64,000 nt of DNA, from positions 18,309 through 82,308 of the forward strand of contig CAZEJS010000005.1 of NCBI GenBank assembly GCA_964512645.1, written 5' to 3'. Shown here in pieces: positions 54,108 to 63,332 of this stretch (positions within the stretch are counted from its first letter, which is position 1; each line of letters starts with the position of its first letter). Under the pieces are notes generated by a model, which was not told the DNA's origin, did not search any database, and saw only the letters and a list, made by a program, of their open reading frames with translations. The translations under genes and the position numbers were made by a program. This stretch comes from an uncultured Acidimicrobiales bacterium (GTDB lineage: Bacteria; Actinomycetota; Geothermincolia; Fen-727; Anoxymicrobiaceae).

Positions 54108-54243
54108 ACGGTCGGAACTCCGGCCGCGTCCGCGGCGTCCCAGCAGGGCGTGCGATACCGCGCGGCACCGGCCCCCACCGGGGTCCCGCCGGTTGGTTGC
54201 TCTCGTGGTCTCGCGGAAGGAATTGGGGTAAGGTCAACGTGTC

Positions 54244-57200
54244 ATGGATGTAACACGTGCCAGGATAGCGGCCATCGCGGGGTTGGTTCTGTTCGCGGCG
54301 GCGGTCTTGCTGCTCCTGTCGGCGGCAGGCGCGGCGGCGGGAGCCGGCCAGCCCGTGGTGGAGCTCCAGCAGAACGCCACCAACGACGTCACGTGGCCGA
54401 GTGTTTTCACTTCCACGAGGATCGCGGGCACCGACGGGGCAAACAAGAAGGAGTACAAGTTCCAGCGCCAGCGTGAGGGGAAGTATTTCTCCTACGCGGT
54501 GGGCAACCTGCCGGCGTCGACGAGCTACTCGGTGGAACTGAGCTTCGTCGAGCACGACTACTCCGCGGCGGGCAAGCGCGTTTTCAACGTCTACGTCCAG
54601 GGCGGCAAGGTGCTCTCCAGGCTCGACGTCTGCGCCGCCGCCGGTGGCAGGAACAGGGCGCTGCAGAGGACCTTCCAGGCGAAAACGAGCGCTTCCGGGG
54701 TCCTCACCGTAACCTTCAGGTCGGACCAGGCCGGCTGCAAGGACTACGCCACCGTCAGCACGGTGCGGCTGTACAGGGGTGGCTCCAGCGCGGTGGAGAT
54801 AGACGCGTTCGCCAGCCGCCTGAACATGACCACCCCGACCAGGTTCGTCAACTCGTCCGGCCAGGACACTTTCGAGGCGATCCTGGGGCGCATGGGCGCC
54901 CGCGCGAGCCTCGACCTGATGCCCCAGAAGCGCGCCGCCAGGTTCGCCCCCCTTGGTGACGGCACGGGGGACGTGCACGACCTGGTCATGGCGCTGTCGG
55001 ACGGGGTGGACATCCGCGCCCTGCCTTTCACCGACAGGTTCCCGGTATGGGAGAACCTCACTCAGAAGCAGACCATGACCACGCAGACGTTCGAGGGGTC
55101 TTCGCCCCGGATCCCCTTCAAGGCGACGGTCAGGTTCAAAGCGCCTTTCTACCCGGGTCACGACAAGGCCAGCGGCGCGCCGTTCTTCTACATCGACGTG
55201 ACGGTGCGGAACACCGGTTCGGCGGCCGCCTCGCCCACCTTCGTTATCGCCCGTTCGCACAAGCTCGACTTCGCCTCCAGCGAAGTCGCCGAGTACTCCG
55301 AGCCCACCGAGGCGGGAATCGCGAACTCCACGACCTGCAACTACTACGACGAGACGCGCAACCCCTTCAAGGCGAAGAAGGCCACCGAGTCGCTGGCCGT
55401 GGCGGCCGGCGAATCGTCGGACGTCGACTTCAGGGGCTCGACGCCCCTGGAGTTCTCCGACTTCACCGGCGACAGCATCTGGTCGTACGTCTCCCCGGCC
55501 GGGTACCCGGCTACCTACGACGACTACAAGAGGCCGGTCTACAGTTACTACCCCAGGGGGTACACCGGGGCGGTGTGGACGATAGACGGCCTTGCCCCCG
55601 GGGATTCCCGTACCAAGCGGTTCGTGCTGGCCGGTTACGTTTCCGACCGGGTGTTGAGCGTGTCTAACACCGCCTACAGCGATTCCACCTTCCGCTTCCG
55701 CTACACCAGGCAGTTCGCGGATGTGCGCAAGGTGGTGAATTACGCGATCACCTCGCGTTCCGCGGGGGACGGGATCGAGACCCTGTCCGATTTCTTCGAC
55801 GCCACGGTGAACTCGGATGCCTATCTTGCCCTGCCTTCCGCTTACCGGGACCAGGTCCGCGATCTTATGAGCTACGGGTTTCAGAGCTTCCTGGCGAACA
55901 CCTGGTGGGCGCGATCGGACTCCGGCAGAGACTGGTTCAGCGTGTGGGAGGGCTCGAGCTGCCGCTACCACTCCACTGTGGACGTGGAGTACAACCAGGC
56001 GTGGTTCTACCTGTACTTCTGGCCGGACCTCCTGAAACAGGTGATGACGGAGTGGACCTTCTACACCAACGCGAGCCCGCAGGGTACTTACATCTCGCAC
56101 GACATGGGCGTCGGCGACACCGCGGCAGGGCAGTCGTATCCGCTCAGCATGGCCGTGGAGGAGAACGCCAACTTCATACTGCTCCTGTACAAGTACTGGA
56201 AGACCACGGGTGACCTGGCCTTCATGCAGCAGCAATTCCCGCTGGTGCGCGAGCTGCTCGACTTCAACATCAACTGCGACACCAACGGGAACGGGCTGCC
56301 GGACCTCCACGCCCAGAACACCATCGACCAGGGGTCGTACGGCATCCAGAAATCGAGAGACCAGGTGTACCTGGGGGTCAAGTGCCTGGCCTCGTGCCAG
56401 GCCGCCCGCGAGATGGCGTTGAACCAGTCGCGGGCGGACCTTTCCTCCGCCTCGAAGTGCCGCGGGCAGGTCGAGCTCATCAACCAGACGCTGGAGTACG
56501 ACATGTGGCTCTCGGACCACTTCGCGGTCTGCTCGGACCAGGACGCGAAGCAGGAGGACGCCGAGGCGTACAGCATCTACGCGGCGAACGGGTTGCTCTA
56601 CCTGCTGGGGGGTACCAGGACCGTCGGGGTGACCGGCACCAACCACGAGCGCTTCCGCCTGGACGCGTCGAACGCGGTGGAGAAGACGCTGAAGACTTAC
56701 GGCTGCCCGCACTCGTCTTACGACCAGTACAACCAGTGGGTGTCGCAGAACCTCTGGAGGGACCAGGCGGCGTGCTACCTGGGGGCACAGCTCCGCGGGG
56801 CAAACCCCCTGTCGCTTTCGACCCGGTACTGGAGCCTTCAGAAGTACTTCGGGAAGAACCTGTACGGCACGTTCTGGGACGTGCTGGTTTACCCCGGGGG
56901 CGCCGGTGTCCGGAACGCCTCCACGGGATTGACCCCTTACGTCGCTCCCGTGGGCGCCGGAGCGGGAAAACGGGCCGCCGGAGCCTTCCTCGAGGCATCC
57001 TCGGGCTACTCGCAGAGCCTCGGTTACTACCCGAGGGGCGCTTCGGCACTGGGGCTCATCGACGCGGTGGCCGGCCTGACGCTGGACGGCGCCGCCGATT
57101 CGCTCTACTACCAGCAGACGGCTTATCCCCTGCGCGTGCCGGTGTTCGCCAGGGCCGACTGGGGCAACGCCGACCCCGCGGCGAGGGTGCCTACGTTGTA

Positions 57201-58836
57201 CTTTTCGACCGCCCGTTCGGCCCCGACTGCCACCAACCGGGCGCTGTTGCCGGCCAGGGTCGCGGGGCGCTCGGTGAAGGACATCACCGGCGTGAGGGCG
57301 GGAACCCACGCCGTAAGCCCGAACGGCGACGGGGTCAACGACACCGTCAGGGTCGATTACACCCTCCCGGTGGCCGCGAAGGTAACGGTTTCGGTGTGGT
57401 CCGGTTCCCGCCTGGTGCGCTCCTGGCCGGAGGCGGTCTGCCCGGCCGGCTCCAGGAGCTTCACCTGGGACGGGCGAGACACCCGGGGCGTGGCCGTCGG
57501 CGACGGCACCTACACGGCGAAGATAGACGCCAGGGCGACCAGCGCCGCGCACGAGCTGCGGCCGGCCTCGGTGCCCGTCTACGTGAATTCCTCGATACCC
57601 GACCTGTCCAGGACCTGGTACCTGGCTGAAGGGTTCACCGGCAGGAACGCCACCGGGGGCGAGTTCGAGGAGTACGTCCTGATACAGAACCCCAACCCCC
57701 GGGCGGCGTCCCTGGGCGTGCGATTCATGCTGCCGGGGGGGGCGACGCTCGACAGGGCGTACACCGTAGCGCCAAACAGCCGCTTCACCATCACCGTTGA
57801 CGACATCCTCCCCGACGCGGAGGTGAGCACTTTTGTCAGCTCCGACGTACCGGTGGGAGTCGAGAGGTCGATGTACTTCAACGGAAGGCGGGCGGGGCAC
57901 GACTCCATCGGTGTGTCCCGGCCGTCGAAGACCTGGTACCTGGCCGAAGGATACACCGCGGAAAGCTTCGACGAGTACGTCCTGATACAGAACCCCGGTG
58001 ACACCGACGCATCCGTCAAGGCCACCTTCATGACACCGGGTGCGGGGAACGTCGAGAGGCGGTACGTTGTCGGCGCCCACTCGCGGTTCACCATCCACGT
58101 GGACGAGATAATACCCGCCCAGTCGATTTCCACGCTGATCCAGAGCAGCGCCGACGTGGTCGTGGAGAGGGCGCAGTACCTGAACAACATGACCGCGGGG
58201 ACGTGCTCGATAGGCGCCTGCTCGCCTTCGAACGCCTGGTACCTGGCCGAGGGTTACACCGACCAGGGGTTCGAGGAGTGGGTACTGATACAGAACCCCC
58301 AGAGCACCTACAACGACGTGACGGTCACGTTCATGGAGAGCACCGGGAAGAACACGGTGAAGCGGTTCACCCTGCCGCCGGCGTGCAGGTTCACCATACA
58401 GGTGGACGGCTACCTGCCCGCGAGCGAGGTCTCGGTGAAGGTGCGCTCGGAGCACCCGGTGCTGGTGGAGAGGGCGATGTACTGGAACGACCGCAGCGAC
58501 GGGCACGCCTGCATCGGGACACCCACGCCGGACACCACCTGGTACCTGCCGGAGGGTTACACCGACCAGGGGTTCGAGACCTGGGTGCTGATACAGAACC
58601 CGGGCGACGACGCCAGGAATGTCGAGGTGACCTTCATGCAGGCGGACGGGACCAACACTACCCGGAGCTACAGGGTCCCCCCGCGAAGCAGGTTCACGGT
58701 CTCCATGGACGAATCGCTGCCCGCGACGGAGGCCAGCACCAGGGTTGTCGCCGACGGTCCGGTCATCGTGGAACGCGCGGTGTACTTCAACAACCGCAGC
58801 GGGGGCACCGATTCCATAGGAGTGCGCGGGTTCTAG
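54244..58836 (+). CDS. Large secreted protein: malectin, DUF4965/glutaminase-A-like six-hairpin domain, FlgD-type Ig domain, four WxxAEG repeats
   Basis: Signal peptide; malectin-like YSVELSFVE..AGKRVFNV; STVDV, HDMG and MAVEENANFILL motifs; SPNGDG..FTWDGRD..GDGTY; repeats starting at 57616, 57934, 58237 and 58540. Confidence 0.75.
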   Translation: MDVTRARIAAIAGLVLFAAAVLLLLSAAGAAAGAGQPVVELQQNATNDVTWPSVFTSTRIAGTDGANKKEYKFQRQREGKYFSYAVGNLPASTSYSVELSFVEHDYSAAGKRVFNVYVQGGKVLSRLDVCAAAGGRNRALQRTFQAKTSASGVLTVTFRSDQAGCKDYATVSTVRLYRGGSSAVEIDAFASRLNMTTPTRFVNSSGQDTFEAILGRMGARASLDLMPQKRAARFAPLGDGTGDVHDLVMALSDGVDIRALPFTDRFPVWENLTQKQTMTTQTFEGSSPRIPFKATVRFKAPFYPGHDKASGAPFFYIDVTVRNTGSAAASPTFVIARSHKLDFASSEVAEYSEPTEAGIANSTTCNYYDETRNPFKAKKATESLAVAAGESSDVDFRGSTPLEFSDFTGDSIWSYVSPAGYPATYDDYKRPVYSYYPRGYTGAVWTIDGLAPGDSRTKRFVLAGYVSDRVLSVSNTAYSDSTFRFRYTRQFADVRKVVNYAITSRSAGDGIETLSDFFDATVNSDAYLALPSAYRDQVRDLMSYGFQSFLANTWWARSDSGRDWFSVWEGSSCRYHSTVDVEYNQAWFYLYFWPDLLKQVMTEWTFYTNASPQGTYISHDMGVGDTAAGQSYPLSMAVEENANFILLLYKYWKTTGDLAFMQQQFPLVRELLDFNINCDTNGNGLPDLHAQNTIDQGSYGIQKSRDQVYLGVKCLASCQAAREMALNQSRADLSSASKCRGQVELINQTLEYDMWLSDHFAVCSDQDAKQEDAEAYSIYAANGLLYLLGGTRTVGVTGTNHERFRLDASNAVEKTLKTYGCPHSSYDQYNQWVSQNLWRDQAACYLGAQLRGANPLSLSTRYWSLQKYFGKNLYGTFWDVLVYPGGAGVRNASTGLTPYVAPVGAGAGKRAAGAFLEASSGYSQSLGYYPRGASALGLIDAVAGLTLDGAADSLYYQQTAYPLRVPVFARADWGNADPAARVPTLYFSTARSAPTATNRALLPARVAGRSVKDITGVRAGTHAVSPNGDGVNDTVRVDYTLPVAAKVTVSVWSGSRLVRSWPEAVCPAGSRSFTWDGRDTRGVAVGDGTYTAKIDARATSAAHELRPASVPVYVNSSIPDLSRTWYLAEGFTGRNATGGEFEEYVLIQNPNPRAASLGVRFMLPGGATLDRAYTVAPNSRFTITVDDILPDAEVSTFVSSDVPVGVERSMYFNGRRAGHDSIGVSRPSKTWYLAEGYTAESFDEYVLIQNPGDTDASVKATFMTPGAGNVERRYVVGAHSRFTIHVDEIIPAQSISTLIQSSADVVVERAQYLNNMTAGTCSIGACSPSNAWYLAEGYTDQGFEEWVLIQNPQSTYNDVTVTFMESTGKNTVKRFTLPPACRFTIQVDGYLPASEVSVKVRSEHPVLVERAMYWNDRSDGHACIGTPTPDTTWYLPEGYTDQGFETWVLIQNPGDDARNVEVTFMQADGTNTTRSYRVPPRSRFTVSMDESLPATEASTRVVADGPVIVERAVYFNNRSGGTDSIGVRGF
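57616..58833 (+). repeat. Four-unit WxxAEG repeat module, unpermuted register
   Basis: Units of 303-318 bp with consensus WYLAEGYT..F..YVLIQNP..SRFT..VERxMYF..GHDSIG. Confidence 0.92.
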
Positions 58837-58902
58837 CGACGGCGGCGCCATCCCGGCGGAGGCCGGGTGGAGGACGCCGGGCACCGACCAGAGAAATACA
58901 AG

Positions 58903-58983
58903 TGTGATACAATTCTGAGGCCAACCGAATACAGATCCTTTTGCCAGGGAGCCGGAGATTACTCCGGTCGTGCCTGGTTTTTT
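58903..58983 (+). promoter_or_regulatory. TRTGn extended -10 element followed by a long hairpin and U6 in the amidase leader
   Basis: TGTG-A-TACAAT (58903-58913); CCAGG/CCTGG outer stem and CCGGAG/CTCCGG inner stem (58944-58977); then TTTTTT. Confidence 0.55.
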
Positions 58984-59001
58984 GTTGGGAGCGCATGCGG
59001 G

Positions 59002-60909
59002 ATGAAAAAGGCGGGTTCCGGGATAGTAGCCGCGGTGATAATGGCGCTGCTGGCCGCGCCGGGCGGGCCGGCGGGCCTCGCGCGCGCCGACGCGCCGCCG
59101 GGCTCGGGCCTGGTCCTGGTCTGCCTGGACCCCGGTCACGGCGGCAACGACTCCGGGGCCAATTACAACGGCGTACAGGAGAAGCTGGTCAACCTGGATA
59201 TCGCCCTACGGGCGAAGCCGATCATCGAGGGTATGGGGTACAGGGTGTTGATGACGCGCACCGACGACTCCACCCTGTCGCTGCAGGAGCGCTGTGACAT
59301 CGCCAACAGGGCCAACGCCACGATCTTCGTTTCGATACACAACAACGCCTACCTGACGGACTCCGAAGGCACGGAGACGTTCTGCTACTACAACTCCGAG
59401 GAAGGAAGACGCCTGGCGACCGCGGTGCACCGGCAGGTGGTAAGGCGGATCAAGCTCCCGGACCGGGGCGTGAAGGAGGCCGGCTTCTACGTCCTCAAGC
59501 ACACCGACATGACCTCCGCGCTGGTGGAGGGCGCTTTCCTCACCAACCCGGCCGAGGCCCTGCTCCTCCAGGACCCCAGGTTCAGGCAGAAGATCGCCGA
59601 GGGGGTGGCGGCGGGGATAAACGACTTCCTGATGGACCCCGGACGGTTCGACGAGTACATACTGGTGATGAACCCCGACCCCGCCCGTGTTGCCGAGGTC
59701 GAGTTCACCTACATGAACGCCAGCGGCCGCGAGTCCTCCAGGCGGCTCGAGGTCCCGCCCCTGTCCAGGGCCACCGTCCACGTCGACGAGGACGAACCGA
59801 ACACCGATCTCTCCACCCTGGTGACCAGCGTGAACGGGGTGCCCGTCGTCGCCGAACGGGCGATGTACTTCGGCTTCGAGCGTGGCATTGGCGGACACGA
59901 TTCGCCGGGGGTGACGGAGCCTTCCACCCGCTGGTACATGGCGGAGGGTTCGACGGATTGGGGCTTCAGCACCTACCTGCTCATCCAGAACCCTCTGGAG
60001 GTGGAGAACCCCGTGGCGGTCCGCTTCATGCGTTCGGACGGCGAGACCGTCGACTACCGGTGCACCATGGCGCCCCATACCCGGTTCACCCTGGACTGCT
60101 CGACGGTCCCCGGCGTGGAGAAGGCGGACTTCTCGATCAGGGTTACCGCGGAGTCCCCGGTGGTGGCCGAGCGGGCCATGTACTTCAAGGACCGCGAGGG
60201 GCGTTCCGGGGGCCACGACTCCCTGGGGGTGACGGCGCCCTCGAAGCGATGGCTGCTGGCCGAAGGCTACACCGGCAGGGGCTTCGACACGTACCTCCTG
60301 CTTCAGAACCCATCGAGCTCGACGGCTTCCGCGCGGGTGCGCTACATGCTTCCGGGGGGGAAGGTCGTAAGCGCCACCGAGGAGATCGCGCCTCACAGCC
60401 GCAAGACGGTGCATGTGGACGAGGTCCCCGGCCTCGAGTCGACCGACGTGTCCATCGAGGTCGTCTCGACGGTCGGGGTGATCGCCGAACGCTCTATGTA
60501 TTTCGACTACTTCGGGATCAGGGAAGGAAACAACGCCCCCGGCGCCAATTCCCCTTCCCGGATCTGGTACCTGGCGGAGGGATGCACGCGCGTCGGCTTC
60601 GACACGTACATCCTGCTCCAGAACCCCTCGGGAAAGGACACCGGGGCGATCCTGGAGTTCCTGCTGGCCGACGGCACTGTGAAGAAGATGGGCGTTCACC
60701 TCGAGGCCCGCTCGCGCCGTACGGTCAAGGTGAACGAGGTCGGCGGCATGGGAGCGGCCGAATTCTCCACCAGGGTTACGTGCGGCGAGCCGATAGTGGT
60801 GGAAAGGGCTTCGTACTTCAACTACGGGCCCAAGCCGGGCGGGACCAACGACATGGGCGTCACCGGCCCGGCCCTGCAGTGGTACTTCGCCGAGGGGTGC
60901 ACGAGGTAG
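59002..60909 (+). CDS. Secreted N-acetylmuramoyl-L-alanine amidase (Amidase_3) with four WxxAEG repeats
   Basis: Signal peptide; zinc and catalytic motifs DPGHGG, EK, SIHNNA and LVEGAF; start placed at ATG 59002. Confidence 0.92.
   Translation: MKKAGSGIVAAVIMALLAAPGGPAGLARADAPPGSGLVLVCLDPGHGGNDSGANYNGVQEKLVNLDIALRAKPIIEGMGYRVLMTRTDDSTLSLQERCDIANRANATIFVSIHNNAYLTDSEGTETFCYYNSEEGRRLATAVHRQVVRRIKLPDRGVKEAGFYVLKHTDMTSALVEGAFLTNPAEALLLQDPRFRQKIAEGVAAGINDFLMDPGRFDEYILVMNPDPARVAEVEFTYMNASGRESSRRLEVPPLSRATVHVDEDEPNTDLSTLVTSVNGVPVVAERAMYFGFERGIGGHDSPGVTEPSTRWYMAEGSTDWGFSTYLLIQNPLEVENPVAVRFMRSDGETVDYRCTMAPHTRFTLDCSTVPGVEKADFSIRVTAESPVVAERAMYFKDREGRSGGHDSLGVTAPSKRWLLAEGYTGRGFDTYLLLQNPSSSTASARVRYMLPGGKVVSATEEIAPHSRKTVHVDEVPGLESTDVSIEVVSTVGVIAERSMYFDYFGIREGNNAPGANSPSRIWYLAEGCTRVGFDTYILLQNPSGKDTGAILEFLLADGTVKKMGVHLEARSRRTVKVNEVGGMGAAEFSTRVTCGEPIVVERASYFNYGPKPGGTNDMGVTGPALQWYFAEGCTR
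59647..60906 (+). repeat. Four-unit WxxAEG repeat module, permuted register
   Basis: Begins at FDEYILVMNP; W motifs at 59932, 60250, 60565 and a terminal WYFAEGCTR at 60880. Confidence 0.9.
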
Positions 60910-60912
60910 CCG

Positions 60913-63282
60913 ATGGGAGTTGGAGCACGACCGGCAGGAGCGTTGAGAGCCCTCCTCGCCGTCGCGGTTGCGGCGGCGCTGTATGCCGCCGCCCTCGCGC
61001 CCTCGCCGCCCGGCGCCGCCGCGCAGACGTTCCCGGACACGGCCGGCTGCCCGGCGGAGATACAACAGGCCATCGAAGCCGTGACCGCCAGGGGCTACAT
61101 GAACGGCGGGCCGGACGGGAACTTCCACCCTTACGACCCGGTGACCCGGATTGATTACGCCTGCGCCCTGGTTAAGCTGTTCGGCAGGGCACAGGAGGCC
61201 CCCGACCCGGCGATACGTTTCAGCGACATGCCGGCCACCGACCCGCTGTTCAGGTTCGCCAACGTCGCCGTCGGACACGGGTACATGAGCGCCTATCCCG
61301 ACGGCGCCTTCAGAAAGAGCGAGCCCCAGACGTGCGCCGCGGCGATGGCGGGCCTGGTGTCGGGCCTGGGGCTGGGCGATCCGGCCGCATACGCCAGGGT
61401 CCTCTGGCCCGCCGGACCGGCTTACCAGGGCTCCTCCATCGTCTCCAGCGACCTGAGGCTCAAGTACCGCGACACGCGCGCCCGGCCGTCGGAGGGATAT
61501 CCGCGCGGGGAGATGGCTTACAGCCTGCAGAGGGCGGCGCGGCCGGACTCCTGGAGGGTCGAATACGTCCGGCAGACGTTCCAGTGGCTCAACTGCCAGC
61601 GTCCGCTCGTAGGAAACGCGCGCGAGCGGGCGCTGGACGCCGCGTTCTCCAAGATCGGTTACCCCTACGTCTGGGGCGGGGAGTCGGACGCCGAGGGCGG
61701 CTACGACTGCTCGGGGCTGACCTACTACGTGCTGAACACGGTCCTGGGGCGCCCGATGATGAGAGTGGCCGACGACCAGGCCAGGGACGGCCGCTACCCG
61801 TCCGTCGCGATGTCGGACCTGCTCCCGGGAGACCCGGTCCTCTTCTACAAGGACCCGGGCGTTTCCGACTACGTGGGACACGCCGGGCTGTACGTCGGCA
61901 GGGGCCTTTTCATCCATTCGACCGGGGGCAACGCCGGCGTGAGCGTCGACAGCCTCTCGGGGTATTACGGGGAGCACTTCTGCTGCGGGAAGCGCGTTAT
62001 AGCCGAGCCCGAGCCGGAGTCTTTCGACACCTACATACTGCTGGCGAACCCCGGCGACGCGCCGGCCAGGGGGGCTTTGACCTACATGCTCCGGGACGGC
62101 AGGCGCATACAGCAGGAGGTCTCGCTCGACGCGCGCAGCCGCAAGACCGTGAAGGTCGACGACACCCTGGTCAACGAGGAGTTCTCCACCAGGGTGGACG
62201 CGCTCCAGGGTCCGCTGGTGGCGGAGCGCTCGATGTACTTCCGTTACCGCGACGCCATTCCCGGGGGGCACGTCAGCGCCGGAACGACAGAGCCGTCCAC
62301 CGAATGGTTTCTCGCCGAAGGCTGCACGGCGTGGGGCTTCGATACGTTCATTCTCGTGCAGAACCCCAACCCGGAACCGGCCCGGGTCACACTCACTTTT
62401 CTCGAGGCCGGTGGCGCGACCCGGGAAGTGACGTTCGAGGTGGCCGGGCTGGCCAGGTACACGGTACCCGTGGACGCCGTCGAGGGCATGGAGCAGGTCG
62501 AATTCTCCACCGTGGTGAAGGCCTCCATACCGGTAGTGGTCGAGCGTTCGATGTACTTCGATTACGGCGGCATCAAAGAGGGTTCCTGCGCGGCGGGCGT
62601 CACCGGCCTCTCCGACGAATGGTTCTTCGCTGAAGGTTACACCGCAGGCGACTTCGACACTTACATACTGCTGGCCAACCCGGGCGGGCGGACCGCGCAC
62701 GCGACCCTGTCGCTCGAGTCCGAAAAGGGAAAGCGGTCCGACGTTTACGTGGAGGTGAAACCCCGCTCAAGGAGGACTGTAGCCGTCGACGGGATCAAGG
62801 GATGGGAGGCGAAGGCCTTTTCCGCCAGGGTCAGGGCGGACGCGCCGATCGCCGCCGAGAGGGCGATGTACTTCCGGTACAATCGCATAGCCGGCGGCCA
62901 CGCTTCGTTCGGCTCCCCGGTGCTGTCCGACAGGTGGTTCCTGGCCGAGGGGTACACCGCCGAGTCGTTCGACACCTACGTTCTGGTCTTCAACCCGAAC
63001 AGGAGGGCGGCCCGGCTCTCGGTCCGGTTCCTGCTGAAGGGAGGACGATTCCTGGACAGGGCCTGCACCGTCGGCCCGGAGTCGCGTTACACTATCGCGG
63101 TGGACAAGGTGAAGGGGCTGGAGGCCGAGGAGGTCTCCGTCTCGATAACCAGCGACCTGCCGGTGGTGGCGGAGAGGTCTGTGTACTTCGATTACCGGGG
63201 CAGGACGGGAGGCTCCTGCGAGCGCGGCGCGACCGGGCCCGCAGGCCGCTGGTATTTCGCCGAGGGGTACACCGGAAGATAA
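60913..63282 (+). CDS. Secreted SLH-domain NlpC/P60 peptidase with four WxxAEG repeats
   Basis: Signal peptide; SLH-like FPDT..GYMNGGPDGNFHPYDPVTR and FSDM..GYMSAYPDGAF; NlpC/P60 triad DCSGL, HAGLY and FIHS. Confidence 0.9.
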   Translation: MGVGARPAGALRALLAVAVAAALYAAALAPSPPGAAAQTFPDTAGCPAEIQQAIEAVTARGYMNGGPDGNFHPYDPVTRIDYACALVKLFGRAQEAPDPAIRFSDMPATDPLFRFANVAVGHGYMSAYPDGAFRKSEPQTCAAAMAGLVSGLGLGDPAAYARVLWPAGPAYQGSSIVSSDLRLKYRDTRARPSEGYPRGEMAYSLQRAARPDSWRVEYVRQTFQWLNCQRPLVGNARERALDAAFSKIGYPYVWGGESDAEGGYDCSGLTYYVLNTVLGRPMMRVADDQARDGRYPSVAMSDLLPGDPVLFYKDPGVSDYVGHAGLYVGRGLFIHSTGGNAGVSVDSLSGYYGEHFCCGKRVIAEPEPESFDTYILLANPGDAPARGALTYMLRDGRRIQQEVSLDARSRKTVKVDDTLVNEEFSTRVDALQGPLVAERSMYFRYRDAIPGGHVSAGTTEPSTEWFLAEGCTAWGFDTFILVQNPNPEPARVTLTFLEAGGATREVTFEVAGLARYTVPVDAVEGMEQVEFSTVVKASIPVVVERSMYFDYGGIKEGSCAAGVTGLSDEWFFAEGYTAGDFDTYILLANPGGRTAHATLSLESEKGKRSDVYVEVKPRSRRTVAVDGIKGWEAKAFSARVRADAPIAAERAMYFRYNRIAGGHASFGSPVLSDRWFLAEGYTAESFDTYVLVFNPNRRAARLSVRFLLKGGRFLDRACTVGPESRYTIAVDKVKGLEAEEVSVSITSDLPVVAERSVYFDYRGRTGGSCERGATGPAGRWYFAEGYTGR
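62023..63279 (+). repeat. Four-unit WxxAEG repeat module, permuted register
   Basis: Begins at FDTYILLANP; W motifs at 62305, 62620, 62935 and a terminal WYFAEGYTGR at 63250, spaced exactly 315 bp. Confidence 0.9.
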
Positions 63283-63332
63283 CAATATCAACGATAAAAT
63301 ACACTAATAGTCAAAACCAACAGAGAGGGACG

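Noticed and set aside
58914-58951. Partial resemblance to a TPP riboswitch (CTGAG..GATC..TGCCAG..GGA)
   Set aside because: It lacks the 5-prime GGG helix, CCTGAT and GCGTAGG elements, and the downstream gene is unrelated to thiamine.
54103-62700. Very long antisense ORFs (1678 aa and 1164 aa) and similar ones opposite hppA, ftsH, atpA, nadB and por
   Set aside because: Shadow ORFs expected opposite real genes in GC-rich DNA; no recognisable motifs and low-complexity composition.
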